From assembly GCA_051362555.1 (NCBI GenBank), contig CM120647.1, positions 6,386,001 through 6,450,000 of the forward strand: a stretch of 64,000 bases of DNA, read 5' to 3'. The notes under the pieces were generated by a model. It ran no database searches and was not told where the DNA came from. It was given only the letters and a program-made list of their open reading frames with translations. Positions 24,376 to 38,365 of the stretch are shown here, piece by piece (positions within the stretch are counted from its first letter, which is position 1; each line of letters begins with the position of its first letter). The stretch is from Lingula anatina (taxonomy: Eukaryota > Animalia > Brachiopoda). The position numbers and the translations under genes were made by a program.

Positions 24376-27300
24376 ATGGACTCCAAACTGATCTCGCTAA
24401 CAGCCAAAGCGTTTTCTGACGCCATTCTCTCGTGTCTCCACACATTATATCGCAGTGTTATACTCTGTGACGTCACCCTGGTGGCGCAGAACAGTGTGGT
24501 CTTTCCTGCTCATAAAGTAGTCTTGGCCAGTGCCTCGGGATATTTTCGGTCACTGCTTGACCAGGGATGCCTGCTGGATGAGGACAGGCATCTGTTGACT
24601 GGTATTTAATTTTTTTTTGTTTTTATTCATTCATTCATTCATTAATTCAGTTTCATTCATTCATTTTAAATAAAAGGTTGTCAATTTGAGGAAATAAAAA
24701 GAGATACTTTCATGCATATCATTATTTAAGGATATCTCGTGGTTACTGGAATTTTTGAACAATATTGTTTTTATCATAAGCACTATAAACTTATATTGAA
24801 CTAAAGTTACTGAGGGTAAATCAAATTTATGAAAAGAGCATCTCAGTTTGTAAAAAAATAGATATATATACAATTTTAATAAAGAGCTTGCCATAATTTA
24901 AACAGTTTTCTGTAGCTCTGTAATACCAGTTTATGATTTTATTTCACCTCAGTCATACCAAAAAAATCAAAATTTATGGTCAGTTGTTGTTCTTTTTATC
25001 AGGCATGCCAGCCAGTCAGTTAAAGATCCTATTGGACTTTATGTACACAGGAACACTGCAGCTGACTGAGTCTAATCTGGGACTGATTCAGAAAGCAGCA
25101 GAACAGCTGAAAATAGAGGAGGCTGTCAGGCTGTGTAAAGAGTATACAGAGAATCAGGAATGCAAGGAAGTAAAACAGGAGTTAGATGAAGGTAAGATAT
25201 ATTCTCTCTCTCTCTCTCTCTCTCTCTCCTGTATGTGTGTGTGTGTTTGTGAGAGAGAGATGAGGAAAGAAAAAGCAGGATAGGGGATTAAAAAATGAAA
25301 GCCAAAGTTTAACTTTGATAACATGTTTTCATTTTAAAACAAATTAAATGTAATTCCTAAATTCTCTCAAAATGCTTACTACAGATTGAATTGTCTTGGT
25401 AGACGTGGTGCTATGATACTTATGACGTTTCTATTCAGAGACATGGCTGGTGAGGTTCCAGAGGTGCTCAGAAGATGAAGAGTCCAACACTGGGACAGTG
25501 ACACAGATGACCTTTCATGATGACCTCCACAGTGACCTTGACCTTCACAGTGGCCCCCGTAAGGATCACCACAGTAGTGGTCACAGTACTGGTCAGCAGT
25601 CTGGTCATCAGAGTGATGGACGTACAGGTACATTGGCTGTATTCATTTCGGACATGTTTTGTTGTGACTTAATATATTCGACCCTTTCAGCCATAAATAT
25701 TGAGAAATTTATGGTTAACACTTGTGAGCAGCCCCAGTTTTGAGGAGGTCAGAATTTTTTATTGCATCAATTTTCCAACGCAAGAAAAAATTGCTTTGAG
25801 TATTGTGTTGGTGGATGGGAAAAAATTTACAAATGGAAAAGTCTTTATGATGTTTTTTATTGCTCTAAAAGCATTCAAACCTGAAATAAAAGGGTGAAAA
25901 AAACACTGAACAACCGTAAGATTTGACTGCTGTGCTCTATGCTCAATAAAAAGAAAAATAGAGTAAAATAAAACCTGTATTTTTGTCCACCAACCCTGTT
26001 TAGATAGAATCCATGCTGTTTTACCAACTTGTCAATTTTGTCTAGTCAAACCTTTATACTTCAGCAATTGTAAACAGAACACCAAAATGCAAGATCACAG
26101 CTACTGAGGAAAAACAAATTTCAAAACATGATCTTTGAATAATTTTGCAGATGTTAAGAAGAAATGCTGCAAGAACACTGACAACCTGGAAAGTGCTGCT
26201 GATGTCAGCACTGATGACGGCGATATTACCAACACAGACCCAGAAGTGAATGGTACGGTAACTGTTTAATAATTCTTAATATCCAATTTTCTCTAATATT
26301 TGTCGTCATTTTCAGACACGCACAAAAATGTATTTTCAGACATGTCAACTTATTGTTCTGATGAAGTCTTGAATCGACATAATTTTACTGACAGAATTAT
26401 TGTACCACCAGCGTTAGCGCTGGCGGTACACATGGTTTCGGTCCCGTCCGGATCGTTCCGCCGGCTCCGCCGGACGGCTACCGTTACCGCTTCTCCTCCT
26501 AGACGGTAAGGGCCCCCGTACCCATCTCATGGATTTAGGTCACCTATAATCTCAACTCGTTCCACGTAAAATTTGGGCTTTGTCGGTATTGGGGTCTGGG
26601 TGTGGCACTCATTACAATGCACCCTTGTCTAAAAATGGCAAAATTAAATGCTAATTATCTACCCTACGGAAGGAGTTATGGGAAAAATTTCTATAGACGG
26701 CTTTCCAAAAGTCATATGTGTAGATTTCAAATATACCCTTGGATTTGACCTTTGACCTTTACTTCAAGGTCAAATGGGACAAAATTTTCAAAAAAATGAA
26801 ATTTTTTACGAAAAAAATTTTTTTTGCCCTGTTATTCAGACACTACACAGACTTAACCAATAATATTATTGGAAAGTGTTACCCTTCAGGTCATCTTTCA
26901 TCTCCATGAATTTGGGGTCAATCGGTGCATTTTCACGGGAGTAGCGGCCATAAGATACCGAAACTGAAAACTGTCTCTAATTTGGGAACCGTTAATGCTA
27001 GAGACCCATTCTTTTTTGCATTTTGTAGAGCATGTAAAGCCCAAAACTGGAGGTGGTCTCGGTTTTTTTGTATTCCATACGGTTTTCGAGTTACGCTGTA
27101 TCAAAAAGTACATATTGGTGGTAAAAGCAAAATGTGCAGTACGGTAATGGATAATAAATTTTGAACTCTGGAAAAATAAAACATAAGGCTTGGCAAAGCA
27201 GACAACTTGTGTTCAAAAATGACATTATTTCATCAAATTTGAACTTCTGAAACTTCAGAGCACCTCCTATTTCAAGAATTTTGACCAAAATGACATTTTC

Positions 27301-29779
27301 TTTATTTTAATTAATTTTTTCTGTACGAAATTTAAGGCACATTATGGTAACTCCAAAATTATAACATTTAGTCCCTTATAACTATAATACTATTGAACTT
27401 GAATAGGAAGTCATATACTGGCATTATAAATGTGACATTAAAATTGACCTTTGACCTACTTTACACCATGAACTGAATTTTGCAAATTTTGTTTTCCTTT
27501 TATCTCCAAAACTGGCAGAGATAGGTCCATAGTTACTATTGAAGTTGAATAGGAAGTCATATACTGGCAATCTTACTGTGACCTTGAAATTGACCTTTGA
27601 CCTACTTTTCACCATGAACTGAACTTTGCAAATTTTGCTTCCCTTTTATCTCCAAAACTGGCAGAGATAGGTCCATAGTTACTATTGAACTTGAATAGGA
27701 AGTCATATACTGGCAATCTAAATGTGATCTTAAAATTGACCTTTGACCTACTTTTCACCATGAACTGAACTTTGCAAATTTTGCTTCCCTTTTATCTCCA
27801 AAACCGGCTGAGATAGGTCCATAGTTAGTATTGTACTTGAATAGAAAGTCATATACTGGCAATCTAAATGTGACCTTGAAATTGACCTTTGACCTACTTT
27901 TCACCATGAATTGAACTTTGCAAATTTTGCTTTCCTTTTATCTCCAAAACTGGCAGAGATAGGTCCGTAGTTACTATTGAACTTGAATAGGAAGTCATAT
28001 ACTGGCAATCTATATGTGACCTTAAAATTGACCTTTGACCTACTTTTCACCATGAATTGAACTTTGCAAATTTTGCTTTCCTTTTATCTCCAAAACTGGC
28101 AGAGATAGGTCCGTAGTTACTATTGAACTTGAATAGGAAGTCATATACTGACAATCTATATGTGACCTTAAAATTGACCTTTGACCTACTTTTCACCATG
28201 AACTGAGCTTTGCAAATTTTTCTTCCCTTTTATCTCCAAAACTGGCAGAGATAGGTCCATAGTTACTATTGAACTTGAATAGGAAGTCATATACTGGCAA
28301 TCTAAATGTGACCTTAAAATTGACCTTTGACCTACTTTACACCATGAACTGAACTTTGCAAATTTTTTTTTCCATTTTATCTCCAAAACTGGCAGAGAAA
28401 GGTCCATAGTTACTATTGAACTTGAATAGGAAGTCATATACTGGCAATCTAAATGTGACCTTAAAATTGACCTTTGACCTACTTTACACCATGAACTGAA
28501 TTTTGCAAATTTTGCTTTTCTTTTATCTCCAAAACTGGCAGAGATAGGTCCATAGTTACTATTGAACTTGAATAGGAAGTCATATACTGGCAATCTAAAT
28601 GTGACCTTAAAATTAACCTTTGACCTACTTTTCACCATGAACTGAACTTTGCAAATTTTGCTTCCCTTTTATCTCCAAAACTGGCAGAGATAGGTCCATA
28701 GTTACTCTTGAACTTGAATAGGAAGTCATATACTGGCAATTTACTGTGACCTTGAAATTGACCCTTGACCTATCTTACGAAGAACTTAAATTTGATTGTA
28801 CCATATATATTTTTTGCAAAAGTTTAAAAATTCTTGTTGATTGCATTTTTACAGCTTGTCAAGCACAAAACTGGTGGCTGTGTCCCTTATTTTGTGTATG
28901 TGGGGGTCTATACGAATGCGCTTGCTCCAGCTGGTGGTACAATATTCGGAGGCGGTATCGCCTCTCTGATCCTCTAGTTTTACTAACAGAATCTATTAAT
29001 GGAAAATTATTAATGCATGTTATTCACTTTAATTGTAATGAGTAATAGCCTATAGCCTTGGGCTGTTGGCTAATATATCAGATTACTTTGAATGCATTAA
29101 ACAACTGACTTAATTCTTTCCAAGATATGTAATAATTTTATTTTTCTTTTTTCCTCCAGCTCTTCTTAAATGTGATACATGTGGAAAGTCATACCAGACG
29201 AGAGACGGACTACGAAGACACAAAAGAGTCCACTCCAATGAGTATCCCTACAGATGTGAAGAGTGCCAAAAGGGATTCCACTACGAGAATGCGCTGATGG
29301 ATCACATGCGCACGAAACACCAGGAAAGCGCGATGAAGTGTGCACTGTGCTCGTGTTGCGTGCAGACTGTGGCAGGGTGGAAACTTCACGCCTCCCTGCA
29401 TGAGCGCAACGAGTCATTCCCGTGCGATAAATGCTGCAAGACGTTCCCCAATAAAATCTATTTGAATCGGCACAAAAAGACTCATACTAGGGCGTTTGTA
29501 TGTGCAGTATGCTCAAAGACCTTCACCTCCAAGCAGCATTTGAAAACCCACGCCATAATTCACCAGTCGGATTTTTCACTGTCATGTGACATTTGCTCTT
29601 TTGTTACGAAGCACAAGGGGTCTCTCATTCGCCACAAGAATGCTGCTCATAGTTCCGGGGCTTCCAGACACACTTGTAAGTGTGGCATTTCGTTTAAAAG
29701 GAAATATCGCCTGACGGCTCACATGGAAATTTGCAATGCGGCCCAGGAATTAGGGACAGATCCTAATGTAAAAACGTAA
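24376..29779 (+). CDS. BTB/POZ-C2H2 zinc-finger protein (ZBTB-like), paralog 1, about 7 fingers
   Basis: Exons 24376-24601 (LCDVTLV..FPAHKVVLASASGYF, BTB), 25003-25191 (LKILLDFMYTGTL...AAEQLKI), 25439-25627, 26151-26252 and 29160-29779 (CDTCGKSY..HKRVH, CEEC, CDKC, CAVC, CDIC...). All four junctions are phase-1 GT-AG and keep the frame. Confidence 0.88.
26398..28977 (+). mobile_element. Non-autonomous Helentron-associated (DINE-1/HINE-like) element carrying a satellite array
   Basis: 5' subTIR attgtaccaccagc with adjacent inverted repeat (tgtaccaccagcg-ttag-cgctggcggtaca) and gtcc-like short repeats. Central tandem array. 3' subTIR gctggtggtacaat, hairpin gaggcg-gtat-cgcctc, and a terminal CTAG followed by T residues. 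Confidence 0.8.
27387..28771. repeat. 146-bp satellite-like tandem array, about 9.5 copies
   Basis: The unit marker gtta(c/g)tatt/gttactc recurs at 27532, 27678, 27824, 27970, 28116, 28262, 28409, 28555, 28701 (period 146, once 147). Confidence 0.96.
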
Positions 29780-29902
29780 TATTTTACGATGAGATTGTCT
29801 GCATTCACTTATGATTTTACAATGAAATTATGTGTTGACTGTGATACTGTACTTAAAATATGACTGAAAAATACAAGACTGATATAAATTAAATTTGTTT
29901 AA

Positions 29903-30239
29903 AGGGATAATAACTCTTCGTATGGCCAAAAAATGAATTTTCCTGGAGTAAACGCCAATTTTCCCATACTTACCAATGGTTAATGAATCCATTTTTACAT
30001 TCAAAGTTAGACCCTGATTTTTTTTCTAAAAAGTTTGGTTTTTGGTTAAATTCTCTTAAGAGATTTTAACAGAGTATAGCCTTTAATGGAGGTCACATGG
30101 TCTAAAGACAAGCTCAGATATCAGAATAATAGCTATAACTGCTGATTTTGTGGTAAAACAGAATATCTTATATTTCTATGAGTTATTCACAATGTTTTTA
30201 TTGTGAAATATAGATCTCATACGAAGAGTTATTATCCCT
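29903..30239 (-). mobile_element. MITE family B copy, 124 bp after the BTB-ZF1 stop
   Basis: ttaa|agggataataactcttcgtat ... atacgaagagttattatccct|ttaa. Confidence 0.88.
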
Positions 30240-31783
30240 TTAATACTTTATTAATCAGGAAGTCATAAGAGTAAAAATCGTGCTAAGTATTATTTAGGTT
30301 GTTTCACATTTTTTTCTTGAAATGAGATGTCGTTCGTTATTATTTAAAAACAATTTTTTTTATTAACAAAACTTTCATAACATAAAATATCAGTGCATTT
30401 GCATGGTTTTAATCTTCATTATAATGGAAAATATGGTCCCAAGTCGTTAAAAGTGATTCTTCAAGCATGGAAGAAAATTCAGCCTATCATTCACAATTAA
30501 CATGGTGCAATAATAAATCTAATTCAAACCATTCCTAGGTGTAATTGTTGTTTTTCTTTGAGATTTTTGTGGAACTAATTTGTTTAAAATGTAAGGCATG
30601 CATAGAGACTAGTTCTGTCAGTTGGAGACATGTAATCATTCAAATTTTATATCATTTTCTTTTGGCAGAAATTATTTTAAGAAATATGAATACAGTAGAT
30701 AAAAGATGTATAGAAAGGCAAATGATAATTTTTTAAAATTATTTTTAAAGGGAGATCAATGAACAATAACAAGTGATTCAACTTTTTAACACGTTTGAGT
30801 AAAGTTTGAGTTAATAGAAAAATAAATAATTCAAATGGAGAGAAGTCTGACACCCCCCCCCCCCCAAAAAAAAAGCGCCTTTATGTCACACACTTTTAAA
30901 CTTCTTCAAAGATCAGATCAGTACTTCAGTTTCGGCATAAATCCAGTTGATGAATACAATAAGTTAAACAATATTAATCAAAAGATCCAAATACAACTGG
31001 GTGTTTGTAATCTCAAACAAGGAATCAATGTGATTTTTAAACAACCTACGTAAAACAACTAAGCAATAAAATAGCGAAACAAAACTGCAAACCAAAACCA
31101 ACTTTACATGCTTTCTTACTGGGAAGAAGGTACTTATCGGAGAAAGGAAAATCGCAAATAAACACAAAAGTCATGAGGTAGAAAACAATAAAATACAGGC
31201 GAATTGATACATCAGCTCCCGAAGAAAGTGCAGACGGATGCTCGAAGTGCAAGGTAAGGCGGATCTTCTGCAGAGAACTGAAATTGTACATGAGGTCGAT
31301 GGTTAACCACCCGCGGCCGTTTCTCAGAGAGACGATATCGACGCGATTCGGTGTAAATCAATGCTGCCATCTTTTGGGCTGTTTTGTCAAAATCCCCATT
31401 CATCAAAGTGTAAATAAAATCGACGTATTTCAGGACGCTACCTCTCTTAAACGAGCTGGACCCCCCCCCCCCCCCCCTCATCCCAACACCAATCTCTTTT
31501 TACGTTTTAGCCCATCGCATATGCAGTAGTCTGTAGGTTAAGTCTTTCAATTTTTATCGCAATTTCCAGGGCAGATGATATTAGTGAAATTAGCCTGGGT
31601 CTACCTAACTTAAGGCAAAGAAGATGAGTTAAGTGCAGGTTATTTCAAGGGAACATGCTGTTAGTTGCCAAACACTGCATGTGATTTTTTGTATTACTTT
31701 TTCAATTTCTTTGCAAGTTTGCAATTTACTCACGATAGTGTGATTGTTCATTCCTGAAATTACATCTCTTGTCATTTTTTTAA

Positions 31784-32119
31784 AGGGATAATAACTCTTC
31801 GTATGGGATCTATATTTCACAATAAAAACATTGTGAATAACTCGTAGAAATATAATATATTCGGTTTTACCACAAAAACGGCAGTTATAGCTATTATTAT
31901 GATATCTGAGCTTGTCTTTAGACCACGTGACCTCCATTGATGGCTATACTCTGTTAAAATCTCTTAAGAGATTTTAACAAAAAACCAAACATTTTAGAAA
32001 AAACCAGGGACCAACTATGAATGTAAAAATGGATTCATTAACCATTGGTAAGTTTGGGAAAATTGTTGTTTACTCCAGGAAAATTCATTTTTTGGCCGAA
32101 ACGAAGAGTTATTATCACT
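31784..32119 (+). mobile_element. MITE family B copy, just upstream of the first BTB-ZF2 coding exon
   Basis: ttaa|agggataataactcttcgtat ... acgaagagttattatcact|ttaa; nearly identical to 15292-15627. Confidence 0.88.
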
Positions 32120-32184
32120 TTAAACTTTGTGAATGGGATTGAAATATTATTTTTTTAATCAAGCTATACAATTGCATTTCAAGC

Positions 32185-35100
32185 ATGGAGCCCGACACGT
32201 TCATCCTGACAGCCCATGGCGCATTCTCCGCCACCGTCCTCTCCTGCCTGAATGAGCTCTACCAAAATGGCGTCCTGTGTGATGTCACCCTAATGGCGCA
32301 GAACCTGATGGAGTTTCCCGCACACAAGGTGGTGTTGGTCAGCAGTTCTGGCTACTTTAAGACTCTGCTGGACCAGGGCTACTTGCTGGGAGACGATAGG
32401 CAGATTACTACTGGTGAGTTTTATTTAGCCTTAGGAACCATTCCCACAGATATTTGGATAGATCTATCTCACTAAATTGCTATCAGACTAACCAGACTAA
32501 ACATCTGTCATGCTTAGTAAAACTGTTGGGGGTAATTCTTTACCCCTAGCTGATTCGGTAGGCATGACAGACATTTAAGCCTCTTGAGCTGATAGCAATT
32601 TAGCATGAACCCTCAGGGATTAGGTCGATCCAGATGGTCGATCCAGTATGGGAACCCAGTCTTAAAGCATGAAGATATGCATGTTATATTTGGGTAAAGC
32701 TAAAAAAGATAATATATTCCAATTAGCTGCTGGTAGATGACTGGCAGAGTACTACTTGTGAATGGGCTTTAAAGCTTTGAAGCGTGCAGTGCAGGTTAGA
32801 TGTGGGTATAGCAGAAAAAATGTGAATTTACCAGGAAAATTGAGCATTTTTCTCTCAATCATCGAGAAGTGCTTACTATTAATAAGCAGGCTGTTGCTAT
32901 AGTCTTGGGGACTTGTCACTGGGACTGTTCAGTATGACTGGTCAGTGAGACTGGACATTGAGACATGTTTTTAAAAAAAGGCCCTTCCTGATCACTCAGA
33001 ACCGGTCATCTCTTAAGATCTGAGAAATACATTGAATTTCATGTCAGTCAGTTGGTAAATGTTTAATATATATTCTGAATTAAGGAAATAAAAGAGAATA
33101 GAGATAGTGAAATAAATGAATGAATTAAAACGGACAAGAATGAATTACCATAAATATAAAAAATATGAGCACATCCTTTCTATTCCAGGAATGCCAGCCA
33201 GTCAACTAAAAATTCTCCTGGACTTCATGTACACAGGGACACTGCAGCTGACTGAGTCTAATCTGGGACTGATTCAGAAAGCAGCAGAACAGCTGAAAAT
33301 AGAGGAGGCTGTCAGACTGTGTAAAGAATACACGGAGACTCAGGAAAAGATCAGGAAAGAGGCCAATGCACTTAAAGGTATTTCAATATCATTACAGTGG
33401 ACCTGGCTATAATGTACTGCTTGGGGTGTACCATGAAAATCTGACTCCCCCAAAATGTGACTCCCCAGTCAGATTTTCATTATGAAAATGTGACTCCCCA
33501 GTCAAATTTTCATTATGAAAATGTGACTCCCCCTATGAAATTTTGACCCCCCCCCTCCCCCCCCCCCCCCCCCCCCCCCCCACAAAACTTTATAAATCTT
33601 ATTTTATTTGAGTATATAACTTTTATACTGTAGTATACATAATGGAGGCTGTATTGGCACTTTTTGCTAGTTTGCAGGTGAAAATTTTAATGAGAAAATA
33701 AGGAAATTAAAAAAGTGTATTTTACCACCCAATGACTCCCCTATAAAAAAGCTATTTATTTGATATTTGGTGATCATTTCAACATTTTTCCTTACGTATA
33801 CTTTATGAAGAATATATATTGGAAATATTTGAAAGTTTGGTGGTAAAATATTGGGTGCAAAAAATGAAAAAAAAAATCATAAAAAAAAAATCTTCATATT
33901 CATACCCATGGGATTCGGACACTCATGAAGAAAAGGCCCTATTTTATATCTAGTCACCAAACCATTGTTTTCTACAAGGTTTGCATTGTGACATATATTT
34001 TGTTAATATTTGAAAGTTATGTGGCGAAAATTGTGGTGAAAATTGATAATTTTTGAAACAAGTATTCATCTTACTACTTGCAGGACATGGACTCCCATAG
34101 TCTTTTCATAGGAGTCATTGAGTGGAAAAATACACATTTTAATTTTCTTTTTTTCTCATAAAAATTTTTCTAAAAGTGCCAATGTATCTTCCATTATGCG
34201 TACTATATAATAAAAGTTATATACTCAAATAAAATAAAATGTAGTTTAGTCAAAATTTCATGGGGGGAGTCAGATTTTCATTATGAAATTTTGACTGGGG
34301 GAGTCAGATTTTCATGTTAGAGGGGCACATGATTTTTGATCATATGTGAAGTCAGTTATATGCTTACTAGTATATGATTCTTTGTCGTAAGTTGGGTCTG
34401 GTACTTCCAGTTTTAAAATGATAAAGACATTGCAGTTATATGCCCTCTTTACTGTGTATTATATGTAAAAGATGAAAGTGGAATGAATAACTGATTAAGA
34501 TAGAAAACAGATGAAACCATCTGTGACTTATCATGTACAGAAGCATGAATTTCATTCCCAGCACTGCTTGAATTTCAACACCAGCACGTCAATATACATT
34601 AAGGTGTCATGTGTTACATGACACTTAGAAGCAGGGAAACAAATTAGATCGGCTATTGGAGATGTTAACGCACATAAAAACATATACTAGTAAACTGCTG
34701 ATCCAGCAAAGAAATTTATCAGCTGTGTTGTGCTTTTTTTAGTAAGAATAAGGGTCTATTCCCAGAGATTTAGATCGATCCAGAGATTAAAATTTAGATC
34801 GACCTAACTCCCTGGGGTTCACGCTAAATTGCAGTCAGCCGAGTGCCCACCAAAGTTAATTACCCCTTTACAGCTTTTATTAGGCGGGATAGACTCTTAA
34901 GCCGGCTGAGCTGACAGTAATCTAGTGAGACTCCCCACAGGGATAGATCGATCTAAAATCTATGGAAACATATCTTACCTACAGCTAAAATCAGAGTTAT
35001 TACACCTGCAATATTTCAGCATCTACAAGACTAGTATTCCTTGGTACAGATGAATTATTGGAGTGGTAAAAACTAATTTTTAGCATTTGAACAAAAACTT

Positions 35101-38100
35101 TGTTTCTGTTACTTTTAAACTACTGATCATGCTCATTTTTTCAGACACTCCACGAAGCAGAGGTCGGCCGAAAAAGAAAGCAGCAAATGACACGCCAGCA
35201 GAAGTCAAGGACTTTCCAAAAACCCCAGGAAGGAAACCGAGTAAAAAGGGGCAGGAGAAGCTAAAGGGTGGAAAAAGTACAAAAGCCAGCCCTCCTGAGA
35301 CCAGCAATGAAAAATTGGAAAGTAATAGAAAAAGCATCGAGAGTAAGAGGACTGAGGATGATACTGATGATGATGATGACTCGGATGTTGATGACTCCGA
35401 TAAGGAGTGGGAACCGAAAGGGGTAAAAATCCCAGAATCCAAGCTCACGAGGAAGCAGAAGTGTTCTTGTCATATTTGCAAAAGGCAGTTTGAGTATCAC
35501 TCCCTCTTGTACAGACATTTGCATCAAGACCATAGAATCTCATCCACCGACGTGGCCGACAAATTAAAAAAGCAGTCCATACTTACACATTTCTTAAGCA
35601 TCAAGAAAGAATTAGGGACATCAAACATGTGTATGACATGCAACAGGACATTTAAAACGTGGTCCAGTGCCTCGTTGCATATCAAACGAAAACACTTGAA
35701 ACACGTCCACCGAGTGTGCCGTTTGTGTTTTAAGGAATGCTCAACGTTAACTCATCTACGAAGACATCAACTGGTTAAACATAACTTCACGCCTTTCAGC
35801 GGAGACAAAATGTTGCTTAAATGCAGGCTTTGCCCACGGGTCTTCTTGTACAAGAAATCCAGAAAAAGTCACGAGTTTACCAAACATGGAGCTATGGGGA
35901 AAGACATCGAAAAGCTCGGAGGAGAGCAGCCTAGTTTAAGATGGCGGCGACGCCTGAGGCGGGTCAGTAAATTCAAGTGCGGGGCTTGTTTCAGGAGGTA
36001 CACCACGGAGAATCGTTTGCGGATTCATATGATCAAGTTCCACGGAGTGAAAAGTGAGCAAAGGGGGAGCCACAAGTGCATGTTCTGCGAGCTGGAGTTT
36101 CCGCTGCCCAAACTGTTGAACATGCACGTGTCAGACTGCCATAACTGCGCATGTGAGGAAGGAGAAAACGGAGGTGAGTAAATGCATGTCTGCTGTGGCA
36201 CACACACATGCAAACACACACACACACACACTCTCTCTCTCTCTCTCTCTCTCTCACACATGCACACACACACACCCAACAACAATAAGAACCTTAAGTG
36301 TAAATATAACATGAAATTTTGAGAAATAATGTGACTTTTTACTGAGGTCTTTATAATCATCACCAAAATTTTTATATAGGGACTAAGTAACTCTTAATTT
36401 AAGTAGAAATCATCTCACTCAGTTTTTTTTTTCTCCTTTAGTTTCTCTAGATTTGTGCATTGAAAAACTTGTATGACAGCCAGCCAGCATCTCCATATCT
36501 TGTGTATTTATTTTCATGTTGTGAAAAAAGTCATTGCAATATAACAAACATCTGTCACTGTTTTAAAGACTTAAGTAGCATCTGAAAGCTCAAGTCTTTC
36601 AGTTTTGCGCATATCCAGATAAATTAAAGGTTTAAGATTAATGCACTGGTTTTTTCATCAAGAGAGAGAAACTGACAATAGAAGTCTAGAAATTGTCAAT
36701 CTAAACATAAAATCCAAAGATTTAAGACACTAAAATCCACTTGCAGAAGTTATATTTTACTTTTCTATGTTTTTCTCCTTCTCCTACAGTTGTCCTGTGC
36801 ATGATCTGCAAGCAGATGTTTTTGCGACGAGGAGACTTGAAGCGCCACCTACATGATATTCACAATCTCAATCAGCCTATCAGGAAGAACAACTTGCAGT
36901 TGCGATCGTTCAGATGTGACGTTCAGGGTTGCACGTTTAGCACGGACAGCACGCCAACGCTGAAGATCCACGTAGAGACAGTAAGGACCCCTTGATTTTA
37001 GAATTAAGATTCACAAAGTTGAATTTTTTCAGGCTTTTTATAATTATTGTTATTTCACATCATCATTAAATTGGAGAAGGGGGAAGTTTTTGCATAGCTT
37101 GTTTAGAAGCATGATCTTCTGGCAGTGTGCATATAATTTAAGACCAGTCTTTATATTTTACAAACATCAAATTACACAGAATCTTGTTTAAATGTGTTGA
37201 CAGAGTACATATAGTATATATTACTAAGCAGTATATTTTACATGAATTAATGCCCAAAATTAGAATCTTGTTTATAGATAGCTACAATGGGCAAAAAATT
37301 TTTAAGTTCATAAAAATACATACAGTATTTTCTATATTGTAATAGGTTGTGGCAACATACATATATTACATATGCAGTATATTTCATGTAATGTGCACCT
37401 TTAGGATCTTTCTGTATTGTGACAGTGTATAGGTGATAGGAAAGCAGTATACTTCATTATAATAATAATAATAATAATAACTAGAAAAGCACTCTGAGAG
37501 CGAAGACCTCCGCCAAGGCAGCGATTTTTTATTATTATTGATTATTGATTGATTATTGATCCGGATGACCACCAAAAACTAATCACTTCTAAATTAACCC
37601 ATTTCCCACCTACCCTGAAAATTTCATCAAAATCGGTCCATAACTTTTTGAGTTATGTTGATGATAAACAGACAGACAAACAGGGGTGAAAACATAACCT
37701 CCTTGGCGGAGGTAATAATAATAATAATAATAATAACAGTTTGGATCGTTTTATGCTATTACTATTTATTTATTTATTTATTTATTTATTTATTTTATAT
37801 ATTTTTTATTTTATTATGTATATTTATTTCTGAAATGATGGTGAAATGAAATTATAAGGTTGTTCTGTGACGTTTCCAGGTGCACCCAGAAGTAGTCTTT
37901 AACTGTGAATATTTGGGCTGTACATACAAGAGCTGCCTAAAGATGGACGTACGCCGCCATTACACTCTACGACACGAGCGAGGCATGGGTGTCGTGTGTA
38001 CGCTGTGTGGGAAGAAGTATCGCAAACGTTACCACCTTAGAATTCACATGTTTAATAAGCATGAAGTCCGAGGGGATGGGCTGAGGGTAGGTTTTATTTA

Positions 38101-38274
38101 TATATATTTACTTATTTATTTGTTTTGTTTATTTATTAATTTATTTATTTCATATGTTCACCAACAAGCAGTCCAGTGTTCATTGTGTCTAATTGTGCCT
38201 TGACTGCAAATTGGAAGAATTGAACTTTTGCAGCTTCTCTCCCTCTCCCTCTCTCTCTCTTTCTCTCTCTCTCT

Positions 38275-38365
<91 letters not shown>

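Noticed and set aside
27424-28638. Repeated ORFs MVKSRSKVNFKV...
   Set aside because: Translations of the 146-bp satellite; no Rep/helicase or transposase motifs.
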